64,000 nt of DNA, from NCBI RefSeq assembly GCF_030028105.1, contig NC_092377.1, positions 126,622,242 through 126,686,241 on the forward strand, in the 5' to 3' direction. The notes under the pieces were generated by a model. That model was not told the origin of the DNA, did no database searches, and saw only the letters and a program-made list of their open reading frames with translations. Positions within the stretch are counted from its first letter, which is position 1, and each line of letters opens with the position of its first letter. Position numbers and translations under genes: made by a program. This DNA is from Mobula birostris. Its lineage: Eukaryota. Positions 49,340-60,689 of the stretch are shown piece by piece.

Positions 49340-50300
49340 CCTTTATCCTGTTATTTCACACAATAATTGTAAAAGAATACCAGCCATTTCTATAATTCCA
49401 ATAGTTATACCTGTACTAGAACACAGAATGGTTGCCCACCATGCTTCCAGTGTCCTGAAAGTCCGCCATCCACCTCCCAGAGTGTAATAGTTGTCATATT
49501 GATCCCCCTCTTTGGTAGCTTCTCCAATGTGGTTTGCCAAGTTAGTTCTATTTTCTGATTGTTCAGGTTTGTAAGTACAGCAACACAGGTGACCCCTTTC
49601 TCTGAAAGAATAGAATCCCAAGCCACTCTGTCCTGTAATGCAAGTGTACGAGCAGCCATTGGTTCTGCCGACAACTTGGTTAATGCTTATTGGGTGTGAT
49701 CAAAGGCAAGTGTAGTTTCATTCATTATTTTCTACAAATCCGATGCATATTAATTAATTCGCAGGACAGTCTTGCAGTCCCATATCCCAGAAAGGCAATC
49801 ATCCAGAATCACTCGGCCTCTGTTATGGATGTCTGGTGCCACCAGACCAGAGGGTGGTGAGGTAGTGACGCCAAGTATTGCATGTAGAGGACCACGTAGG
49901 CATAATAACCACAGCCCTTCCCGGGCCACAACAGTCTCCACTGTCCTTCATATTCAGGGAACATGTACAGCAGCCAAGGGTGGGTCTGGTAACCACATAC
50001 CCAGTAAGTACTGTTCAGTGGACGAGGAGGGCTGTAATTTATCAGATCTGTATATAGACCTTTACTGCTCCCTGGGAGAGGCATTCACCCTCCAAGTTGC
50101 AGTGACATGCTACCTGATGTCAGTACTTTGGTCACAGAAACAGCTATTTCAATCAAATCTACTGCTAGAACAACCTGTGTTAAGACTAGTCAAAACCAAA
50201 AAAGAATCTAAACAAATTATAACTTTGCAAGGACAGATTTCCTCCACCCACTATAAGCTCAAAACAATGGCAACCAGTTCTGCATTATACACTGATAACT
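49340..50300 (-). mobile_element. Degraded endogenous retrovirus env remnant
   Basis: ARTLALQDRVAWDSILSEKGVTC resembles the LQNRxxLDxxLxxxGGxC immunosuppressive domain; upstream YWVCG motif; downstream hydrophobic segment and purine-rich tract. Confidence 0.55.
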
Positions 50301-50329
50301 AGTTAGTAAGGCATTTATTGTTACTTTAT

Positions 50330-51720
50330 TGTAATTCAGGCACAAGCACAACCACACTGACATTCCCTGTTAAATTATCTTTTGATCCGTCAGTAAAAAT
50401 GGTTAACATATCACAATAATTTACATTAACATACAGATGAACCAACAGACTCAGGCTTATCAGGATCCTTGGATTTCATTAAATCATGCAACCTAAAATC
50501 AACTAAAGCCATTGGAAAAAATCATGGTGGGGTTAATGAAAAAGCTACAGTGGGACAAATTACATAATCCAGCAAACCCATATTCCAAGCGTGGTGAGAA
50601 CCCAGCCAACGAAAACTAAAAGCACTCTCCTTGTGATGTTCCCAACAGTCTTGCAACACAATTTTAACAGGGTGATCATTCCTCTGCCCCCTCAAATTAA
50701 CCCAGTATGTTAACAACAACTTCATCCTCCACAACTGCAAGGGTAATTGTCCCTTTTCAACCAGTAAAGCTGAAACAGGGGATGACCTTACTGCACCACA
50801 ACACAGTCTTAAAGCCAGAGCTGGTATCACATCCAAACATTTTAAATTTGAAGATGAAGCTGATCCATAACCCACACAGCCATAATCAAGTACTGTACCG
50901 ATATAATTAAACAAATATATAAAGTCAACAGAAATTTTCGGGTAGCATCCCAAAAATACCCACATGCCTTTTTACATTTGTCAAGAATCTTATTGATATG
51001 TTGTTTCAATGCCAGCTTATTATCCAGCCAGATACCAAGAAATCTTACCACTGACGCTTCTTCAAGAGTTTGACTATACAATTTCAAGTTGAGTGCTGGT
51101 CTATTGATCCTCCTTGTAAAAGATATAAATTGTGTTTTACCCACTGAAAGCTTAAAATCCCATCTATTTGCCCACCGTTCGAACTTATTAATCGCTAATT
51201 GTATCCTACATACAGTTAAATTGATTTTTATCCCCTCTGATCCATAAAGCTCCATCATCTGCAAAAAGTGCCTATTTCGGACAAAATGGCATTAAACAAT
51301 AAGCGGCTACAAATACCGCTTGTGCAGTCCCATTCTCTAGCCGTCTGAATATAGCTTTCATAAATTCACAAAAAGAAAACTCTACATCTCTAATACCATC
51401 ATTGCTACAGCTAACTTCCAACACATCAGGGTATTCACTTAGAATCTTATCTCTACATTGCTTAGCCTCTTCACTTCAATAATCTTGATTATGAATTGCA
51501 ATAAATGACCAAGCCAGTAACTCAACCTTCTCTGTTTCAGTAACAATCGTACTACCTTTAATCAATATTGAAATGTTACTAGCCCTATGAATTACCCCAC
51601 CACTCATTTTTAATCATTCCCCAATTACCTCCAAGTTTAATATCGCTTCTAATACTATCAGAATACGACCACCCGTAAAACCTTTTTCGCAAACTTCACT
51701 ATTTTCCTCACCAGGGCCTG
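50330..51720 (-). mobile_element. I/Nimb-clade LINE RT fragment
   Basis: RFLGIWLDNKLALKQHI and LDYGCVGYGSASSSNLKCLD...ALRLCCGAVRSSPVSALLVE motifs. Confidence 0.7.
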
Positions 51721-51949
51721 TACCTTTTATACTGAACACGGTGCGGAGCTCGCCGGCAACTGTACCTCTCCGGGAACGAACCAGCCGCTGTCAGTCACAG
51801 ATGTATAGCCAATCAGATGGATGGATCAGACAGACGCTGCAGGAAAGAACCCGGAATGCATTGACTGACGGGAGGTGTTTGCGGCGGCAGAGTCTGCACT
51901 GAATGATGTGGAGAGGTGAGAGGTCGTGTTTCATTGTTCATCCCGAGCA

Positions 51950-52900
51950 GTTGCGTGTCAGAGGACTCTCACATCTCCGGGCTGTTCGCAGGGACACACA
52001 AGGAGACGGACATCAATTGTAGCCGGCAGATCATCAACTCGGTGAAAGGCGCCTTTGGTCCGCCCGACCTCATTGGTCATCGAGATGTCCGTGGATGGGA
52101 GCTGCCGAATGGCGACAAGACACCGTGCTGATGGAGGCGCTGAAGCCGGGTTCAGGCTCCGCAGGGCTGGATGAGGAAGCGCCACAGTGTAGTGTTCCTT
52201 CACTACTGGAGAGGGAGAGGCCGGGTTGGGTGAGGAAGCTCCTTAATTACTGTAGCAGTGTACATGATTGATAACGTGGTGTTATGGTGTTAAGGAATGT
52301 AATCGAACACGAATGAAAGCATTGACTACCAATTTAAGAACGAAAGGCGCTTGTTCTTGTTTCTTTAAAATTATGAATAAAGATATTTTTCAAGTATAAA
52401 AATGTTGCAAAACCATTGGGAATTCTTCTAAGCCAACACCTCTCACCACAAATCCATCGGGCAGTGGTCTGCGCGGAACTTTCTGCAGACACTGCGGGAC
52501 AGCGGCCGTGGGGTGAATCGTTGAGCAAACGGCAGAACGCCGCATCCCCAAATCTCAGTAACAAGCAGAAAGACATCGCTTGGCTGGCGGTGAAAGTATC
52601 CCTCCCGGTAGGAACCTTCCTCTATCATTACCTTCGGGACGGCTGTGATCGGGAACTCACGGTCACCACCTCTCAGCAGACCGTGGAGACGGATGCAAGA
52701 GTCTGTGTACCGGTTCATCCCAATCAGCTGTGAAATGAAGGATTCTCTGAGAAACAGACTATTTCCCAGGTCACACACAGACGGGCATCTGGAAGATCAT
52801 CGGGTCGATGAAGGACGTCCTTTGGTCTGTCGGAAATTTGTTGGTCTCTCCTGACAGTGAGATGTCGGTGGGAGAAAGCTGGTTACTGGCACAGTCCAGG
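51950..52900 (+). mobile_element. Two tandem Tx1/L1-like 3' fragments
   Basis: QNAASPNLSNKQKDIAWLAVKVSLPV motif; the block catcaactcggtgaa...ctttggtc is present twice; aataaa and A-rich end near 52380. Confidence 0.6.
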
Positions 52901-52984
52901 CCGCAAGAGGAGGTACTTCAGGAAGTGTCCTGGGTCCGCCAGCAGTGATGGGGCTTTTTCTCCGCTGCCGCTGTCGCTGTCGCC

Positions 52985-53139
52985 TCAGAGTCCGCACTTT
53001 ACGGAACGACCGCCAGGGGGCGCTCGGTGCGCGGGTTCGCTGTTGCTCTTTGGGAGCCGGTACACGGTGGTCAGGACTAGGAGAGCGAGCGCCTTCAGGA
53101 CGAGCAGGATGTAAAAAGGCAGTGGCTCCCGAGGAGAAC
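52985..53139 (-). CDS. Gene C exon 4 (short stalk, TM with Lys, tail without Tyr motif)
   Basis: atttactctcag acceptor, phase 1: GSPREPLPFYILLVLKALALLVLTTVYRLPKSNSEPAHRAPPGGRSVKCGL-stop. Confidence 0.85.
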
Positions 53140-53379
53140 CTGAGAGTAAATCGGAGTTCAGAGTGAGACGGTTTACCGAGGCGAGCTAGGGATGGGTTGT
53201 ATTCTGAGGGTTCAGGGGTTTATATATTGAATAACATTGCTGCGAGTGGGTTACAGGGTGGGATGTAATCCAAGCGTTCTGGGTGAGGGGGTTATATATG
53301 AAATAACAGAACTGGACCTGCGATCCAATCCCAGGAGGAATCAGGGAAGTGGCGGTGAAAGGTGATACCGGCGATTTAC

Positions 53380-53739
53380 CTCGTACCAGGACCACGGTCC
53401 CGTTCCCTCGGAGCAGCAGCTGCCGGTCGGGAAGATGAACGGACGCCAGGCAGTGATAGGTGTTGGAGTGGCTCGGTCGGAGGTGCCGAAGTTGGAGGGA
53501 GAGTCCCGTGCCGATCCCACTCTCAGGGAGAGCATCTTGCTGCCGGGATCCCTCGGGGGGCGGATAGACGACACGTTCCTCTCCCTCCTCCTCTGTCCCG
53601 CCGACCACCCAATAGGGGTAGATGATCACCCGGGACTCCGTCAGCCCCAGAACTTCGCAGTGCAGCGTCACGTTGGAGCCACTCGGGACCTCCAACCTCC
53701 GAGGCCACTGGGACACGGAGAGGGTGGCGAGCGAGATGT
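53380..53739 (-). CDS. Gene C exon 3 (V-J-type Ig domain 2, CD28H/TMIGD2- and NKp30-like)
   Basis: 360 nt phase 1-1, GAG|GTAAAT donor. SVSQWP, VTLHC, YW, LSLQL, YHC and J-like GNGTVVLV motifs. Confidence 0.92.
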
Positions 53740-53945
53740 CTGTAACACATGGAGAGAGAGAGAGGGAGAGCGAGAACGGTGAGCGAGCGTCTGTAACACA
53801 TGGAGAGAGAGAGAGGGAGAGTAGTGAGGGAGCGTCTGCAACACAGAAAGGGAGGGAGTGGTGTGAGGGAGCGTCTGTAACACAAGGAGGGAGAGAGTAG
53901 TGAGGGAGGGTCTGAAACACAGGGAGGGAGAGAGTCTGTACAGAG
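53740..53945 (-). repeat. ~40-50-bp tandem repeat of the splice-acceptor unit upstream of V2 (related array at 55352-55625 upstream of V1)
   Basis: Each unit is a pyrimidine tract plus tgtgtt(a/g)cag followed by acgctc. Confidence 0.85.
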
Positions 53946-54991
53946 AAAGAGGATGGGGGGGCAGAGATTAAACGTGGAGTGATATCAAACTGTAAGGAAA
54001 GAGTTAAACATGATTCGTCCTTGGTAAGTGCTAAAATAAAAAGGAAGTCTGCCAGACAACATGGTGTTAACCCGGAGCGGAACTGATTTGAGAAAGTTGA
54101 ATGAGTACAAGTCTCCAGTCTGGAGAGTAGATCATGATGAATACAAGTTTGTGTCAGGAAGGTGAGGCCTTTGGCCAGGTACCGAACAGTGACCCAGCAG
54201 GGAGAGTTCTGTGGTACGAGTTATGTTCGAGTTTTAAAGGGATACTGAAGGGTGTAGGTACGGGTAAATCTTTCTGCAAGTGGGGAGAATTTTCCATCAG
54301 AGCACGTTAGGACCAGTGATAACGGTAAGAGTTCGGGAAGATAGACACAGTTACGTCCAGAGAGAGAGAGAGAGTTTTCCATCCGGCATTTGCAGATCAG
54401 CTCGTTCAGTGGACGGGAAGTGTTTGTTTTTCGCTACATCATTAACCCTTCTTTTTCCTTTTTGCATTGCATGGTTACATAGTTCTAATAAAACAATTTA
54501 TTGCAGTTTAACACGTGTACAGGTGTCCTCTTTGTTTGCAAATACAGACCCGAGTGCTTATTGCTAACGCAGGAAAGAACACAACGAATTTTTAAACAAT
54601 TATCGTTAGGCAAGCACAACCCGAAATCGGGCAAACTCTGCCTAACACCTCCATTTTCCCCATGTCCCTCCTCCCATTCATCCCGTTTCCATGACATTTC
54701 CCTCTCGTCCTCAGGCGTTCCCTGCTCCCTCTCTCCCAACCCAAGTCCCATTTCCACATCCCACTCACAACTCCACCATTCCCCACTCGCACAATTTGTA
54801 CACAGACACACACACAAATAGATACACTGATATACTCCCCAAGATCGGGTTACAGATGGAATCTTCCCCAGCGCTTCGACGGAAATGTATCTATGGAAAA
54901 ACTGCACCGAATATGGGATCAGCTCCCAGGAATGATGCGGGAATCTGGGGGCAGCTTGCAGGGAACGAGGGCAGTGGGACCGGAGACTCAC

Positions 54992-55351
54992 CTCGTACCA
55001 GGAGCACGCTCCCGTTCCCTCGGAGCAGCAGCCGCCGGTCGGGAAGGTGAACGGACGCCAGGCAGTGGTAGGTGTTGGAGTGGCTCGGTCGGAGGTGCCG
55101 GAGTTGGAGGGAGAGTCCCGTGGCGATCTCACTCTCAGGTAGGGCGGCTTCCTGCCGGGATTCCTCTGGGGCCGGGTAGACGACACGTTCCTCTTCTCCC
55201 TCCTCCGTCCCGCCGATCACCCAATAGGGGTAGATTATTAACCGGGGCTCCGTCAGCCCCAGAACCTCGCAGTGCAGCGTCACATTGGAGCCACTCGGGA
55301 CCTCCAACCTCCGAGGCCACTGGGACACGTAGAGGGTGGCGAGGGAGCTGT
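54992..55351 (-). CDS. Gene C exon 2 (V-J-type Ig domain 1)
   Basis: 360 nt phase 1-1, GAG|GTGAGT donor; 16 of 120 residues differ from domain 2 by manual alignment. Confidence 0.92.
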
Positions 55352-55990
55352 CTGTAACACAGTGAGAGAGAATAGTGAGGGAGCGTCCGTAACACATAGA
55401 GGGAAGGAGAGGGAGCGGTGGATGAGAGAGTTCATGTAACACAGTGAGGGAGGGGGAGTGGCGAGTCTGTAATACCTGGAGAGAGAGTAGTTAGGGAGCG
55501 TCTGTAATACAAGGAAGGAGGGAGTGGAGTGAGGGAGTGTCTGTAACACAGGGAGGGAGAGAGTAGTGAGGGAGCGTCTGTAACACAGGGAGGGAGGGAG
55601 TAGTGAAGGACCGTCTGTACACAGGAAGAGGATGGGAGGGGCAGAGATTAAATGTGGAGTGATATCAAATTGTAAGGAAAGAGTTAAACATGATTCGTCT
55701 TTGGTAAGTGCTAAAATAAAAAGGAAGTCTGCCAGACAACATGGTGTTAACCCGGAGTGGAACTGATTTGAGAAAGTTGAATGAGTACAAGTCTCCAGTC
55801 TGGAGAGTAGATCATGATGAATACAAGTTTGTGTCGGGAAGGCGAGGCCTTTGTCCAGGTACCAAACAGTGATCTATCAGGGAGAGTTCTGGGGTAAGAG
55901 TTATGTCAGAGTTTTAAAGGGATATTGTAAGGGTGTAAGTACGGGTAAGTCTTTGTTTAAGTGGGGAGAATTTTCCATCAGACCACGTTA

Positions 55991-58900
55991 AACTAGATTT
56001 GCAGGTGGAGGGGAATCAGAGTGTTAGAGCAGATAGTGAAGTGGAGGAGGATAAAGGTCATGTGAGAACAGCAAGTATAGTGCATGGAGTAAAGCCAGTC
56101 TAACATATAAACATGCTTTGAGGAAAGAGAAACAGAATAAAGGATGTAAAGGTAGTAAGGTAGAAGGGCTAAAGTGTGTGTACTGCAATGCAAGAAGCGT
56201 CAGGAGCAAAGGTGATGAACTGAGAGCTTGGAAACATGCATGGAATTTTGATGTCGTGGCCATTACAGAGACTTGGCTGGCACCACGGCAGGAATGGATA
56301 CACAATATTCCTGGATTTCAGTGCTTTCAAAGAGATAGAGAGGGGGGAAAAGGGGAGGAGGGGTGGCATTATTGGTCAGGGATACTATTACAGCTACAGA
56401 AAGGGTGGGCAATGTCGCAGAATCCTCTTTTGAGTCAGTATGGGTGGAAGTCAGGAACAGGAAGGGAGCAGTTACTCTACTGGGGGTATTCTATAGGCCC
56501 CCTGGTAGCAGCAGAGATACCGAGGAGCAGATTGGGAGGCAGATTTTGGAAAGTTGCAAAAATAACAGGGTTGTTATCATGGATGACTTTAATTTCCCTA
56601 ATATTGATTGGCACCTGATTAGTTCCATTGGTTTAGACGAGGCAGAGTTTGTTCAGTGTGTCCAGGACAGATTCCTGTCACAGTATGTTGACAGACCGAC
56701 TGGGGGGGATGCCATACTAGATCTAGTATTAGGTAAAGAACCGGATCAGGTCACAGATCTCTCAGCGGGTGAGCATATGGGGGACAATGACCATCGCTCC
56801 CTGGTCTTTAACATTATCATGGAAAAGGATAGAATCTGAGCGGACAGGAAAATCTTTAATTGGCGAAGGGCAAATTATGAGGCTATAAGGCTAGAACTTG
56901 CGGGTGTGAATTGGGATGATGTTTTTGCAGGGAAATGTACTATGGACATGTGGTCAATGTTTAGAGATCTCTTGCAGGATGTTAGGGATAAATTTGTCCC
57001 GGTGAGGAAGATAAAGAATGGTAGGATGAAGGAACCAATGGTGACAAGTGAGGTGGAAAATCTAGTCAGGTGGAAGAAGGTAGCATACATGAGATTTAGG
57101 AAGCAAGGATCAGATGGATCTATTGAGGAATATAGGGTAGCAAGAAAGGAGCTTAAGAGGGGCTGAGCAGAGCAAGAAGGGGGCATGAGAAGGCCTTGGT
57201 GAGCAGGGTAAAGGAAAACCCCAAGGCATTCTTCAGTAATTTGAAGAACAAAAGGATGACAGGAGTGAAAATAGGGCCGATTAGAGATAAAGGTGGGAAG
57301 ATGTGCCTGGAGGCTGTGGAAATGAGCGAGGTCCTCAATGAATACTTCTCTTCGATATTCACTAATGAGAGGGAACTTGATGATGGTGAGGACAATATGA
57401 GTGATGTTGATGTTCTGGAGCATGTTGATGTTAAGGGAGAAGAGGTGTTGGAGTTGTTAAAATATATTAGGATGGGTAAGTCCCCGGTGCCTGACGGAAT
57501 ATTCCCCAGGCTGCTCCACGAGGCGAGAGAAGAGAATGCTGAGCCTCGGGCTAGGATCTTTATGTCCTCATTGTCCACGGCAATGGTACCGGAGGATTGG
57601 AGGGAGGCGAATGTTGTCCCCTTGTTTAAAAAAGGTAATTGGGATGGTCCGGGTAATTATAGACCAGTGAGCCTTACGTCTGTGGTGGGAAAGCTGTTGG
57701 AAAAGATTCTTAGGGATAGGATCTATGGGCATTTAGAGAATCATGGTCTGATCAGGGACAGTCATCATGGCTTTGTGAAGGGAAGATCGTGTCTAGCAAA
57801 CCCGATGGAGTCCTTTGAGGAGGTGACCAGGCATATAGATGAGGGTAGTGCAGTGGATGTGATCTATATGGATTTTAGTAAGGTATTTGACAAGGTTCCA
57901 CACGGTAGGCTTATTCAGAAAGTCAGAAGGCATGGGATCCAGGGAAGTTTGGCCAGGTGGATTCAGAATTGGCTTGCCTGCAGAAAGCAGAGGGTCGTGG
58001 TGGAGGGAGTACATTCGGATTGGAGGGTTGTGACTAGTGGTGTCCCACAAGGATCTGTTCTGGGACCTCTACTTTTCGTGATTTTTATTAACGACCTGGT
58101 TGTGGAGGTAGAAGGGTGGGTTGGCAAGTTTGCAGATGACACAAAGGTTGGTAGTATTGTAGATAGTGTAGAGGTTTCTCGAAGATTGCGGAGAGACATT
58201 GATAGGATGCAGAAGTGGGCTGAGAAGTGGCAGATGGAGTTCAACCCGGAGAAGTGCGAGGTGGTACACTTTGGAAGTACAAACTCCGAGGCAGAAAACA
58301 AAGTAAATGGCAGGATACTTGGAAGTGTGGAGGAGCAGAGGGATCGGGGGGTACATGTCCACAGATCCCTGAAAGTTGCCTCACAGGTAGATAGGGTAGT
58401 TAAGAAAGCGTATGGGGTGTTAGCTTTCATAAGTTGAGGGATAGAGTTTAAGAGTCGCGATGTAATGATGCAGCTCTATAAAACTCTGGTTAGGCCATAC
58501 TTGGAGTACTGTGTCCAGTTCTGGTCACCTTACTATAGGAAGGATGTGGAAGCATTGGAAAGGTTACAGAGGAGATTTACCAGGATGCTGCCTGGTTTAG
58601 AAAGTATGCATTATGATCAGAGATTAAGGGAGTTAGGGCTTTACTCTCTAGAGAGAAGGAGGATGAGAGGAGACATGATAGAGGTGTACAAGATATTAAG
58701 AGGAATAGATAGAGTGGACAGCCAGCGCATCTTACCCAGCGCACCACTGCTCAATACAAGAGGACATGGCTTTAAGGTAAGGGGTGGGAAGTTCAAGGGG
58801 GATATTAGAGGAAGTTTTTTTATTCAGAGAGTGGTTGGTGTGTGGAATGCACTGCCTGAGTCAGTGGTGGAGGCAGATACACTAGTGAACTTTAAGAGAC

Positions 58901-59031
58901 TGCTAGACAGGTACATGGAGGAATTTAAGGTGGGGAGTTATATGGGAAGCAGGCTTTAAGGGTCGGCACAACATTGTGGGCCGAAGGGCCTGTACTGTGC
59001 TGTACTGTTCTATGTTCTATGTTCTGTGTTA
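55991..59031 (+). mobile_element. 5'-truncated CR1 LINE in gene C intron 1
   Basis: YCNARSVRSK, VFYRPP, HGFVKGRSCL and KFADDTKVG motifs, (gttctat)n tail. The empty site is visible in the duplicated intron at ~54301-54320. Confidence 0.93.
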
Positions 59032-59396
59032 CGACCAGTGATAATGAGAAGAGTTGGGGAAGATAGAGACAAGTGTGGTGAGGGAGCGTCTGTATTTCCG
59101 GTGAGGGAGTGGAGCGGGGCAGAGAGTGACCCGGATGCAGCGTCCAAAACAGCTCGAAGTCAGGCAGCTTCTGCTCAACATCAACCAGCACCTCTCCCCA
59201 CGATCCATGACCTTTCCTGAATCCATGACATTCCCCTGTCAACAACACACACCCCTTCTCCTTCTCCACTACATTGACAGCCTAACTCTTTCACCCCCAA
59301 ACGACGGAAATTCTTCCCAACACTCCGACCCTTCATGCATACTATCACTCTATGGGGAGCTGGCCCCACAGACACAGACTCTTTCTGTCATTTTCT

Positions 59397-59464
<68 letters not shown>

Positions 59465-59506
59465 TACATACATACACGTGTCCCGAGCAGTATGAGAGGT
59501 TCTTAC

Positions 59507-59552
59507 CCAATAGCAGGAGGAGCAAGATCAGTTTTCGAAGCTGCGCCCTCAT
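59507..59552 (-). CDS. Gene C leader exon (MRAQLRKLILLLLLL)
   Basis: gcgATGA start, G|GTAAGA phase-1 donor joining in frame to DSSLA-TLYVSQ; acceptor ccccctcag at 59582. Confidence 0.85.
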
Positions 59553-59599
59553 CGCCCGAAGTATTTTCAATTAACACATCTCTGAGGGGGCAAAAAGAA

Positions 59600-60340
59600 A
59601 TATCTTAGCATAGTTTCGCCGGGCCGAAGGGACATAATACCTTGCTGTAGTGAAAATAATGATCTGTATGGACATGAATTTCTGAACAAATTTCCGTGTC
59701 TTCGGTGATATACCAAATCTCATCAAACTCCTAATGAAATATATACACCGCCGCATCTTTGTAATTGCATCGATATGCTGGGCCCAGTCTAGATCCTCAG
59801 AGATATTGACACCCAGGAACTTGAAATTGTTTACTCTTTCTTCTTCTGATCCCTCTGTGATGACTGATGTGTGTCCCCTTGTCTTACCCTTTCTGAAGTC
59901 TTTCTGAGATTGAGTGCAAGGTTGTTGCTGTGACACGACCCAACAAGCTGATACACCTCGCTCCTGTACGCCCTCTCGTCACCATCTGCGATTCTGCCAA
60001 CAATAGTTGTACCATCTGCAAATTTATAGGTGGCATTTGAGCTGTGAGGGTGTAGAGAGCATAGAGCAGTGGGCTAAGGACACGTCCCAGAGGGGCGCCG
60101 GTGTTGTCAGCGAGGTGGAAATGTTATTTCCAATTCAGACAGAGAGATTGTGGTCTCCAGTTCAGTAAGTCGAGGATCCAGTTGCAGAGGGAGGTATAGA
60201 GGCCCTGGTTCTGCAGCTTGTTGATCAGAACTGCAGGACAGATTGTGTTAATTGTTGAGCTGTAGTCAATAATCAGCATCCTGTCACAGGTATTTGTATT
60301 GTCCACGTCATCCACGGCCGTGTGAAGAGTCTTTCAGATC
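59600..60340 (-). mobile_element. Rex/Babar-like LINE fragment
   Basis: IDYSSTINTICP...LCNWILD and ERVNNFKFLGVNISEDL motifs. Confidence 0.8.
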
Positions 60341-60689
60341 GCATCCGCCGTAGACCTTCCTCAACCCGTCCCTTTCCAATCTACGTTTATCTCTCTCTCT
60401 CTCTTTCTCTCATTTTTCTGCCCTTTTGTTTTTCTCTCTCGTTTCCAATCTCGGGATCTCACTCCCCTACTACCCCAAGATATTTTTCCAGCCCACACTC
60501 CCTCCTTATGTCTTTCGCTCTCTCTTCTTCACCCCATCCTCCTCTTCACTTTTCTCCTCCTCTCTCTCTGCTCCCTCGCTTTCCCTGCACCCCCACTCAC
60601 ATCCCCCACCTCCGCCTGGTGTCATCTACACATCCTGTTCACCACGTCTCCCCCTCTGCTGTGTTTCGCTGTGACTAATTCACTGACCG

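Noticed and set aside
49772-50302. 176-aa plus-strand ORF as a host gene
   Set aside because: It lies antisense to the env remnant and has no motif or splice support.
53380-55351. V exons as rearranging TCR or Ig V segments
   Set aside because: Each exon already contains the J-like GNG(T/S) strand and ends in a splice donor. No heptamer-nonamer RSS flanks them and no C domain lies before the TM exon.
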